Source of the DNA: a virus
DNA length: 44,926 bases
Strand: one strand, 5' to 3'
Virus record (IMG/VR): IMGVR_UViG_3300045119_000122
Location: 1-44,926 of that record
The notes under the pieces are model-generated. The model saw nothing but the letters and a program-made list of their open reading frames with translations. It searched no databases and was not told the origin of the DNA. Below are positions 1-7,078 of the stretch, piece after piece. Each line of letters begins with the position of its first letter. The stretch's first letter is position 1. Both the position numbers and the translations under genes were made by a program.

Positions 1-422
1 AGTGCTTGGGTGTCTTGTTCCATCCCTAGTCGCCAATCACCAAATACTGCCTTAATGTTTGGCTCATCTAGCATTGCTGCTACGTCACGAAGAATGTTAA
101 TCGCATGCTTCTCAGTAGCAGACAGTACTAGAATGAACTTGCGATTAGTAAACAGAATACAAAATAAAATCCACATTTTTACCAAAGTTGTTTTACCAAA
201 ACCGCGTGGCAAACCTAATGCCATGTTAGGGAAATAACGTCTTGGCTTTTCTTCCTGAATTAGCCAAGCCCACACAGCTACAAAGATTCTAGACCAATCA
301 AACTCAAATGCATCTGGCATAGCTAGTGCACTTAGAAAGTTTAAGTCTGCTTTGGCGGCTTCAGCAATCTCATGAATATCTGCTGCAGTAGTAACTAAGT
401 CTTGGTTAATGTTGTCTGACAT
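1..422 (-). CDS. terL: Terminase large subunit, N-terminal 140 codons (the gene wraps the circular junction and continues 44799->43722)
   Basis: Reverse-strand ATG at 422-420 gives MSDNINQDLV... with a Walker A-like GLPRGFGKTT. The frame is continuous with ORF 43722..44873 through the 127-bp end overlap (422+1078=1500 nt). Confidence 0.85.
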   Translation of the reverse strand, partial: MSDNINQDLVTTAADIHEIAEAAKADLNFLSALAMPDAFEFDWSRIFVAVWAWLIQEEKPRRYFPNMALGLPRGFGKTTLVKMWILFCILFTNRKFILVLSATEKHAINILRDVAAMLDEPNIKAVFGDWRLGMEQDTQA

Positions 423-437
423 TTATTTATTCCTTAT

Positions 438-627
438 TGGCGCTACAGTCCTTACCAGCGGAGACCGCTAGGGGAGCTTACCCGACTGCCTTCCCCAAGA
501 TCAAGAAGTTCTCTCAGCCACTCGCGCTTCGCGCTCGCTAGGCTTCGACAACATTCTTGACTTGTGGGCCCTGGCTAGTCGGACGCTCCGCCCTATCGGT
601 CACCTAGGTAGCGGCCTGGGCGCGCCA
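438..627. repeat. GC-rich imperfect-palindrome element, copy A (between the TerS-like gene and terL)
   Basis: Closing stem TGGCGC(438-443)/GCGCCA(622-627). Blocks shared with the other copies are AAGATCAA(497-504), GCGC-TTC-GCGC apex(524-534), CGCTAGGC(536-543), TTGACTT(557-563) and GGGCGCGCC(618-626). Confidence 0.8.
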
Positions 628-669
628 GGCACTTACTCACAGACTTCCATACTAACTACATCTCCATCC

Positions 670-1392
670 TTAGAGATCATCGCAAGTAATCGCGCCTTTA
701 GTTTCGAAGCTGCGTCTAAGTCCTTTTGATATAGTTTCTGAAACTCCGGGTTCTGCGAGTTGCGCGGATGCTGCTGCGAGTATATCTGCGCTGGTGGCAC
801 TTGCTTCCCAGCCAGACTCAGCAGCAAGCGCTGGGACTGAGTTAACTCTGGTTGCTGCAAGGCTTGCAACTGCTTGCGGAGTTGCGGTGACAAGGCTTCT
901 TGATCCTTCGTCATCATGTATCTCCACTATCTGGTTATGCGTGTTAGTAATGAATTTCTGGTTAACATGCATAGGAATATTAATTTGAACAATCTGCGAG
1001 GATTGAATCCCTACTGGACCATCTGCCATGCCACGTCGTTTAGTAGCATTGAGAACCTGAATACCTTTCAGAATCTCCATTGGCTTAGTCATCAGTGGAA
1101 TTACTTTGCCAAACTTAGTAAGCAGCTTGTCTTCGTATTCTAGATACTTATTATCTACCGAGGTCTGCATCTGCAGTGCCTGTAGTTTCAGCCGTGTTAC
1201 TTCCGCAGCAAATCGCGGCTCAGCCAGAAACTGGCTAATCAATCCCTCACTTACTCCAAGGGTGCTAGCGACCATTACTGCGCTAACCCCTTGGCCTAGA
1301 TATTTCAATGCTGCTGTCTGGTTGGTATTGAGACTGGCACGCCACTGAGCAGCGTCCGCCAAATCTACTGTTGACACTGCTGACTCAGTCAT
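670..1392 (-). CDS. HTH-containing protein, putative small terminase subunit
   Basis: First gene of the late arm, directly upstream of terL. It has an HTH-like segment ALKYLGQGVSAVMVASTLGVSEGLISQFL and an SD AAAGGGGA before the ATG. The 3' third is G-rich at codon position 1. The product ends ...AITCDDL. Confidence 0.55.
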   Translation of the reverse strand: MTESAVSTVDLADAAQWRASLNTNQTAALKYLGQGVSAVMVASTLGVSEGLISQFLAEPRFAAEVTRLKLQALQMQTSVDNKYLEYEDKLLTKFGKVIPLMTKPMEILKGIQVLNATKRRGMADGPVGIQSSQIVQINIPMHVNQKFITNTHNQIVEIHDDEGSRSLVTATPQAVASLAATRVNSVPALAAESGWEASATSADILAAASAQLAEPGVSETISKGLRRSFETKGAITCDDL

Positions 1393-1477
1393 GCTAGTCC
1401 CCTTTCTCTTCTATATATGGGTGCGAGTGGTGGGCCTGTCGCTACTTTGCCCCTTACTTAATAGTCTCGCGCGCGTG

Positions 1478-1507
1478 ATTCTAACCCGGTTTCGCCTTGG
1501 CCGTCTA
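1478..1507 (-). promoter_or_regulatory. Candidate sigma70-type late promoter (TAGACG-18-TAGAAT on the minus strand)
   Basis: Hexamers read by eye in the divergent intergenic region upstream of gene 670..1392. Confidence 0.25.
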
Positions 1508-1774
1508 GTGTTTTTACCTGTTACTAACTTGTCTGTAACTAACCGCTATCTATTATTTAACTAATCTAGCTAACCACTAGGGGTACTGTTCGTAATTCTG
1601 GGGGTCCGCCCATGACAATCTACCTTAACTCATTCTTGTTACTTTTGTCACCTCTGTTAGTTCTGTGGGTGTTTTAAAAAACTTTAGTAAATTTTGTCAG
1701 TGTCCTTAGGATTTTAGGCACATGCAAACTTAAAAAAGGTCCCCTACTCCCCCACCTTTGATACTGAGACTCAC

Positions 1775-1803
1775 TTGCCAATAAGAACCATTCGTGTTAT
1801 GAT
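1775..1803 (+). promoter_or_regulatory. Candidate sigma70-type early promoter TTGCCA-17-TATGAT
   Basis: -35 at 1775-1780, 17-nt spacer, -10 at 1798-1803. It sits upstream of the ORF starting at 1841. Confidence 0.45.
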
Positions 1804-1840
1804 TACGGCTGAGTTCAATACACAGGGAGAATATATTACC

Positions 1841-2005
1841 ATGAGTAGCACAATAGAGTTAGTTGTAGCATGCCTGGTAGAATGTGTGACTAGTTTGGCC
1901 CCAGTAGTAGGCGCTGGTCTGGTAACTTGGCTCAGTTACTGGCTCACTATTCTTAATCTGCGCTTTCTGCTAGTGGGGGTAGGTAGCAGGATAGGTAGGA
2001 AGTGA
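1841..2005 (+). CDS. Small hydrophobic (membrane) protein, 54 aa
   Basis: Internal ATG of track ORF 1775..2005, preceded by GGGAGA. The longer start would overlap the candidate promoter. The sequence is strongly hydrophobic. Confidence 0.4.
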   Translation: MSSTIELVVACLVECVTSLAPVVGAGLVTWLSYWLTILNLRFLLVGVGSRIGRK

Positions 2006-2046
2006 GGAAATTTGTGATTTTGCCTGCATTTTCCCAATTATTTCCC

Positions 2047-2074
2047 TTGACAGCCTACTCAACTAGACTAGAAT
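2047..2074 (+). promoter_or_regulatory. Near-consensus sigma70 promoter TTGACA-16-TAGAAT
   Basis: TTGACA at 2047-2052, 16-nt spacer, TAGAAT at 2069-2074. It lies 47 nt upstream of the first ATG of the early gene string. Confidence 0.6.
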
Positions 2075-2120
2075 TACCAGTACCGAAACAGCTGGCCCAA
2101 GTGGGCAAAAGGGAGCTAAG

Positions 2121-2234
2121 ATGCAACTAGATACAGATTGGTTTGACGTAGTAGCAGGTTTGGTAATGACTGCTGGCTTGATTGGTGGATTGCTTTATGT
2201 AGCCAGCATTTACGGCAGTATGATTGCAAGTTGA
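2121..2234 (+). CDS. Small membrane peptide, 37 aa (MQLDTDWFDVVAGLVMTAGLIGGLLYVASIYGSMIAS)
   Basis: ATG preceded by GGGAG. One hydrophobic helix. Too short for the ORF track. Confidence 0.4.
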   Translation: MQLDTDWFDVVAGLVMTAGLIGGLLYVASIYGSMIAS

Positions 2235-2288
2235 TAAATTAACGCGAATGGGCCAGTAATGGCCCAACACGCACAGGGAGATAACAGA

Positions 2289-2417
2289 ATGATTTATGTA
2301 GCTCGCAGCACTGAGCAAGGCGCAGCAGAATTGGTAGCTGAGCTGATAGCTGCAGGAAATCAGGCATATTGGATTAAGGTAGACGCAGATACTTGGCAAG
2401 TAAGATACTGGAAATAA
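2289..2417 (+). CDS. Hypothetical protein, 42 aa
   Basis: ATG preceded by AGGGAGA. It fills the gap in the tightly packed early string. Confidence 0.4.
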   Translation: MIYVARSTEQGAAELVAELIAAGNQAYWIKVDADTWQVRYWK

Positions 2418-2429
2418 GGAGATACTGAG

Positions 2430-2642
2430 ATGAAAATGCCAACAGAGAATGTAGATTGCAATTGGCCAGTGCTGCCAAGGTATTTGCCAGTAGTGGAGAA
2501 TCTGGAAGTAAGAAGATATTTTGAGGATGCAGAACAAGCTGCTGAGATGCTGAGAGGTTACGGATTTGATGTAGCGGTGGAAATACATTGTGGTTATTGG
2601 CTGGTGCATTGGAAATTTCCGAAATTGACTGAGGTTAAGTGA
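2430..2642 (+). CDS. Hypothetical protein, 70 aa
   Basis: Track ORF. AAGGAGA SD upstream of the ATG. Confidence 0.6.
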   Translation: MKMPTENVDCNWPVLPRYLPVVENLEVRRYFEDAEQAAEMLRGYGFDVAVEIHCGYWLVHWKFPKLTEVK

Positions 2643-2643
2643 G

Positions 2644-2796
2644 ATGAGAAAGTATCTGTTAACAGTTATGATTGGTGAAATGGATTGTGTAGAAGAGGAA
2701 TACGACACTAAGCAGGAATGCTTTGATAGATTAACTGAGATGTTCAATGATGGCGCAGACGTTCGAGGCGCAGAGATTCATAACCAATTTGCTTGA
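2644..2796 (+). CDS. Hypothetical protein, 50 aa
   Basis: ATG 2 nt after the preceding stop. An AAGGAGC/GCTCCTT hairpin follows at about 2806-2835. Confidence 0.4.
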   Translation: MRKYLLTVMIGEMDCVEEEYDTKQECFDRLTEMFNDGADVRGAEIHNQFA

Positions 2797-2889
2797 CTCA
2801 ATTTAAGGAGCTGTGATAAGCTTACGGCTCCTTATGTGGATTCAAGCGCGCAGGCCGCTAGCCCTGTAATTGAAAGTGGAGTTAGACAG

Positions 2890-3549
2890 ATGAAAACCGT
2901 GACTGCTAAACAAACATTTAAATCCGTGAGCGCTAAGCAAGTTGAGCTGCACGCTGCGTTGGCTGACCGGCTTGGCAAGAAACGCCCAGCAGTAGAATTT
3001 CAATTGCCACAGTATGAGCTAACAGATATTGCTGAGCTGGTAGAGAATCACAAACCAGTTTTGCTTACCTGTCTTAACGCTGCAATTGCACAACTGGCTA
3101 AAGACAAGTTTGCAGCACAGCCTGCTGATTGGACATGGTTTCCAAGTGTAGAGAATGATCTAAACTTGGCTGAATTGGCTAAGTCGTTTGAATCGCAGTC
3201 TCGCAGTCGTGTGCTGACTCTGGAATCTGCCGGCAAGCTCGCAGCTTGGCTTACTCGCAACATGGCAGCAATTGTTACCGGCATTCAAGTTGTGGAACCT
3301 GCTTACATGCCAACACAAGCTCAAGCAATTATCGGAGTTGTAAGCCAGTTTAATAAGTATGAGGCGAAAGGCTCTGAGTTTCTGGCTAAGATCATGTTGC
3401 GGCTTGAGCAGATTGCAGAAGCAATTGCTAGCTCGGATGATTTGGCAGAAGACTTTAGCAGCCAACCAGAACTGGCTAATGTGTATGATGCATTGATTGC
3501 CCGATTCAGTAAGGCAAGTGATGATGAGATTAGCGAGGACGCATTGTAG
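2890..3549 (+). CDS. Acidic helical protein, 219 aa, paralog of 10110..10718. Ends ...EISEDAL
   Basis: Track ORF 2836..3549. The ATG at 2890 is preferred because GGAG precedes it. Followed by a rho-independent terminator. Confidence 0.7.
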   Translation: MKTVTAKQTFKSVSAKQVELHAALADRLGKKRPAVEFQLPQYELTDIAELVENHKPVLLTCLNAAIAQLAKDKFAAQPADWTWFPSVENDLNLAELAKSFESQSRSRVLTLESAGKLAAWLTRNMAAIVTGIQVVEPAYMPTQAQAIIGVVSQFNKYEAKGSEFLAKIMLRLEQIAEAIASSDDLAEDFSSQPELANVYDALIARFSKASDDEISEDAL

Positions 3550-3576
3550 CAGCAAGCTGCTAACTCAATGATTCAC

Positions 3577-3599
3577 AGCCCCTTAACTGGGGCTTTTTG
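3577..3599 (+). terminator. Rho-independent terminator
   Basis: AGCCCC/GGGGCT stem, 6-nt loop, then TTTTT. Confidence 0.7.
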
Positions 3600-3645
3600 G
3601 GCAGAAGCGCAAGCGCAGTTGCTAGCGCAGTTAGGAGACACAATT

Positions 3646-3741
3646 ATGAGCTTTGTTGATCTTGTGGTTGATATGCTGGCAATTGCAGTTTGCACTTGGG
3701 TATTAGTAGAATTTGTTAAACAAGAATCGGAGAGTAAGTAA
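3646..3741 (+). CDS. Small membrane peptide, 31 aa
   Basis: AGGAGA SD. Hydrophobic core LAIAVCTWVLV. Its stop abuts the next ATG. Confidence 0.35.
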   Translation: MSFVDLVVDMLAIAVCTWVLVEFVKQESESK

Positions 3742-4131
3742 ATGAGCACTAATAAAGTTTTAAGTGTATTTGAACAAGCTTGCATGTATCGCACTAGACT
3801 GCTGCTGGTGAGTGCAGAAGTAATTCAATACACTAGTTGGCCTAAAGAATTTGCAGTGTCGCAGATTCAAGGAGTCGCAACTAAAACACCAACACTTAAA
3901 TTAGATCCTCGTAAACTCACCCTTAAACAGGCAAAGGAACTAGGATTTGGCCGTTGGGATAACAAGTCTAAAATTATGTTAATACCGCTTTGGTTAGTTC
4001 CAGCCTTGAATCCTAACACAGTAGTGACCTGCATTAACGGTAAGCGTATGAAGTTGAAAGACGCTGACAATGATCATCGCTTTGGCTGCATTGCTTACGG
4101 TGTAGCAAGCTTTGCAAAGGAGAGAAAATAA
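3742..4131 (+). CDS. Hypothetical protein, 129 aa
   Basis: Track ORF. Coupled to its neighbours. Confidence 0.65.
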   Translation: MSTNKVLSVFEQACMYRTRLLLVSAEVIQYTSWPKEFAVSQIQGVATKTPTLKLDPRKLTLKQAKELGFGRWDNKSKIMLIPLWLVPALNPNTVVTCINGKRMKLKDADNDHRFGCIAYGVASFAKERK

Positions 4132-4304
4132 TGCAGTTGCCTGTCGGACAGACTGACTGTTATTTCAGTGTAGTTAACAGATTTACAACGGCAGACTTCA
4201 GTTTAATTAAGCACATGATAGTAGACAAAGTGCTGAATGGTTGGAAAGTTGGACTTGAGCAAGATATGAAAACTAAAGAATACACTCTTTATTGGGGAGC
4301 CTAA
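4131..4304 (+). CDS. Hypothetical protein, 57 aa
   Basis: TAATG overlap with the upstream stop. Ends 1 nt before the next ATG. Confidence 0.45.
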   Translation: MQLPVGQTDCYFSVVNRFTTADFSLIKHMIVDKVLNGWKVGLEQDMKTKEYTLYWGA

Positions 4305-4305
4305 T

Positions 4306-4491
4306 ATGATCCTTGCAGCCACCAGCGTTAAAGTATTTATGTTTGTCACGTTTCTTTCCACCGGCTCAGAGGTAAAGTATCAGTTTGATACTGAAGCCAA
4401 TTGCAAAGCTGCAATGCCACCAGTTGTACAGTTGTATAAGTCTTTAGGCGACAAAGTTAATGTGAGCTGCATTGTCGTCGAGCGCAGCTAA
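4306..4491 (+). CDS. Small protein with an N-terminal hydrophobic/signal-like segment, 61 aa
   Basis: Track ORF. GGGGAG SD. Followed by a terminator. Confidence 0.55.
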   Translation: MILAATSVKVFMFVTFLSTGSEVKYQFDTEANCKAAMPPVVQLYKSLGDKVNVSCIVVERS

Positions 4492-4519
4492 CCTAACAAT
4501 ATCGCTAAGTCACATATTC

Positions 4520-4546
4520 AGCCTGGACTAACAATCCGGGCTTTTT
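4520..4546 (+). terminator. Rho-independent terminator
   Basis: AGCCTGGA/TCCGGGCT stem (one mismatch), then TTTTT. Confidence 0.6.
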
Positions 4547-4555
4547 AATGTCTGC

Positions 4556-4966
4556 ATCACGTCCGTCCGGTCACGACGCGCCGACCGTCCGACGGACAAA
4601 TTCTAAACCCCCTCCTCCCCCATGCCCTCCCTCTCCTACTACCACACTCTCCTACTATCTATCTCTCTACCTATCTCTATCTCTCTACCCTCTTAAAATT
4701 CACCAGTAAGAAAGAAAAATTCTTTTGTTTAAAAAACATAGGGGATACAAAACTATACGCAATCCAAGGATATAATATTAACTAACTTTTATTACTTAAC
4801 TTACATTCATTAATTTAATAGGGGGTATAAGTAGGCAGTGTGCGATAGGTAGGGCTAGTGGGGTAGTTAGTGGGTTAGCTAGTAGGTGGTAGATCGGGGG
4901 TGCAGGGGAGGGGGATGTGTGATATCGTCCGTCCGACCGACCGCGTGACGTGACGCGTCCGTCCGA
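4556..4966. other. Composite intergenic element: C/T-rich left arm, AT-rich core, G/A-rich right arm, flanked by CGTCCGTCCG repeats (candidate origin or control region)
   Basis: CGTCCGTCCG at 4560-4569, 4926-4935 and 4956-4965. Palindrome GTCCGACGGAC at 4587-4597. C-runs at 4608-4640. G-runs at about 4821-4915. AT-rich core at about 4694-4820 containing TATAAT (4771-4776). Confidence 0.6.
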
Positions 4967-4991
4967 TTAACCACTAACTAAGAGAACTGTT

Positions 4992-5429
4992 ATGTCTAGC
5001 TTGTCTACTAAGGTACGTCCTACTTTCACACTTGCAGAAATGCGCTTACTAGCACAAGGTATGGAGTTGCTACTTAATCGACATATTCAGGCTGGTGATT
5101 TTAATAATCCAATCTTGCTAGATATGATTAGAATTAAAGACTATTGCGGTGGATTTGTTCCAGCAGTGTCTAAAGCAAATGAGCAATCTAAGTTAGCTGC
5201 TTACATTCAGATGCAGGGTATTGAAACTTCTATTCCGCAAGGTACTGCTATTATCCAGCCTTTGGAAACTGGCAGTATCGAACTAACAGACGATCAAAGA
5301 TATGATCTTTTAAAACTGCGGGATGAATCTACATACAGTGACGAAGATAAAGTATTCATGCTTAATGTAGGCACTCTTATTATGATGCGTCGTGCTGGCA
5401 TTAATACAGTTACTGAGTCAGACCTGTAA
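4992..5429 (+). CDS. Hypothetical protein, 145 aa. Ends ...TVTESDL
   Basis: Track ORF. Bracketed by two large structured non-coding elements. Confidence 0.7.
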   Translation: MSSLSTKVRPTFTLAEMRLLAQGMELLLNRHIQAGDFNNPILLDMIRIKDYCGGFVPAVSKANEQSKLAAYIQMQGIETSIPQGTAIIQPLETGSIELTDDQRYDLLKLRDESTYSDEDKVFMLNVGTLIMMRRAGINTVTESDL

Positions 5430-5479
5430 TGCAATTGAGAATCATTCTCATCCTCATTACCCTGTCACACATTATTCCA

Positions 5480-5680
5480 GGCTCGCCCATCCTTTCCCGC
5501 GTACCCGCTAAGCTAGCTTATCCCAACCGATTCCAAGTCAAGCACCCACACAACAAATTCAGCGCGCCGGGCTTCGCCCTATGCTATAATTTGTAGGTGC
5601 TAGGGCGGGCTTGACTTTGAACCTTGCCGGTTGGGGCGCTACGCCTTAACGGTCACGGGGTTGCGGATAGCCGAGCCGCC
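5480..5680. repeat. GC-rich palindromic element, variant copy D
   Basis: Shared blocks are GCTAGCTTA(5512-5520), AAGTCAAGC(5535-5543)/GCTTGACTT(5609-5617), apex GGGC-TTC-GCCC(5569-5579), GCTAGGGC(5599-5606) and GGGGCGCTAC(5633-5642). Outer stem CCAACCG/CCGGTTGG. Confidence 0.65.
5582..5590 (+). promoter_or_regulatory. Extended -10 element TGCTATAAT inside the apex of element D
   Basis: Exact TGnTATAAT match. No good -35. It lies 135 nt upstream of gene 5725. Confidence 0.4.
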
Positions 5681-5724
5681 CCGCTACTAGCACACACGCT
5701 AACTAACAGAGTGAGATACTAGAA

Positions 5725-6021
5725 ATGGCAATATCACAGCATCAAGTACCTAAGAAATTAACTACCGGAATGGCAGTAGTTGCTTATTTGCCACCGACAC
5801 ATAGAATTGCAGGAATAGAAGCTAGAAATGGTGTAAGAGTAGGCAAATGGTTCAAAGCAAGTATTTATCAAATTGACTTAGATATGTACACAATTCAAGT
5901 TGGTAATATCCTTGTTGCATTACCAAAGAATCTTGTAATTCTGGTGCGCTCCACCAGTTGGAATGACAGTGATGCAAAGGTGCGAGCAGATAAACGTAAC
6001 GCAGTAAGAAATAGAAAGTAA
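5725..6021 (+). CDS. Hypothetical protein, 98 aa
   Basis: Track ORF. Confidence 0.6.
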   Translation: MAISQHQVPKKLTTGMAVVAYLPPTHRIAGIEARNGVRVGKWFKASIYQIDLDMYTIQVGNILVALPKNLVILVRSTSWNDSDAKVRADKRNAVRNRK

Positions 6022-6073
6022 CTGGCTAACTAACTTACTAAACCTTGAAAGTGTTGAAAGTGGAGAAACATAA

Positions 6074-7078
6074 ATGAAAGTGACTTGCCCAATTAGTGGC
6101 GTAACTTACATACTTATTGCGCCAGTGCGCGGACACGCGACTCACCCGCACCCGATGCTAAGTTCCAGCATTAAACTTAGTCAGCTTCACGACTGGTATC
6201 TAGCAGACTGGATTAAAGGGGACTTACCAGAACTGGAGACTCACTTGCTTGGCTGTGCTTACCTGCTTAAGTTACCAGTAGAATCTGTATGTATTACTAA
6301 CTTCGGCATGCCAGCTGCTAACTATGATCGATTCTGGTCTAGTAACATGGAGCGGCTGGCAAAACTAGCAACACGTTTGGAAGGTAAAATAGTTAAAGCC
6401 CGTAACTTGCCACGCATGGTAGTTAATGCTGAAACAATCTCTAATTTGCCTGACTGGCTTGGCACACTGGAATCTCAGATTGCTTGGGATTCAATGCCAG
6501 TTAGTGACAAGGCTAAAGAATTGAATCGCGAATCTTACAAAGTCTCCACTGAGGTATCTGGCCGCACCATTAGCCAATATCTAGATACCAGCGAGATTGA
6601 TGGAATAGTGTTGCGGGCATTGCGAGCTAGCCCACTAGCTAAATCTGAGCAGAAAGCATTGCCAGTAATTCTGGCGGATTGGGCGGGCAAAGTTACAGAC
6701 TTTCCAGCACATAGCCGCACTCGTTGGCACCGTGTGATTCAGACCATATTCCAAGATAACTATATTGACCAGATTCTAATGTCGGATATGACAGTGAAGC
6801 AGGTTAAAGCTATTGAGGAACATATGAAACTGAATACTCCACTGGATGCAGTGGGCACCAGTCACAGCAGCCTGTTAATGCAGCGACTGAGCGTAGTAAT
6901 TCCAGTGTTGGAAGACTTCAGTCCAGCAATCAGCAGTCGCAAGAAAGTAGATGATGCGGCGTTAAACTCGGCTCTTATGGGCGAGAGCAGCAAACCAGCA
7001 CAATCTACTGGCCCTAAAATGACACTGGCTGAGCGACTGGCTGCACGGCTGGCAGGTGTGGGGAGTAAGCAGCAATGA
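6074..7078 (+). CDS. Hypothetical protein, 334 aa
   Basis: Track ORF. GGAGA SD. No motif recognised. Confidence 0.75.
   Translation: MKVTCPISGVTYILIAPVRGHATHPHPMLSSSIKLSQLHDWYLADWIKGDLPELETHLLGCAYLLKLPVESVCITNFGMPAANYDRFWSSNMERLAKLATRLEGKIVKARNLPRMVVNAETISNLPDWLGTLESQIAWDSMPVSDKAKELNRESYKVSTEVSGRTISQYLDTSEIDGIVLRALRASPLAKSEQKALPVILADWAGKVTDFPAHSRTRWHRVIQTIFQDNYIDQILMSDMTVKQVKAIEEHMKLNTPLDAVGTSHSSLLMQRLSVVIPVLEDFSPAISSRKKVDDAALNSALMGESSKPAQSTGPKMTLAERLAARLAGVGSKQQ

Noticed and set aside
10-237. Plus-strand ORF of 75 aa at the window start
   Set aside because: It is antisense to the N-terminal coding region of terL (Walker A on the minus strand). It has no SD and an odd composition, so it is a shadow ORF.
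1775-2005. Full-length version (TTG start, 76 aa) of the first early ORF
   Set aside because: The 5' part coincides with a good TTGCCA-17-TATGAT promoter. The ATG at 1841 with a GGGAGA SD is more plausible.
2127-2747. Minus-strand ORF of 206 aa across the early small-gene string
   Set aside because: It is antisense to four SD-preceded plus-strand ORFs downstream of a near-consensus promoter. The product is Ser/Cys/Ile/Tyr-rich low complexity.
3048-3555. Minus-strand ORFs 3048..3284 and 3160..3555
   Set aside because: They are antisense to gene 2890..3549, which has an SD, a terminator and a paralog. No expression signals were seen for them.
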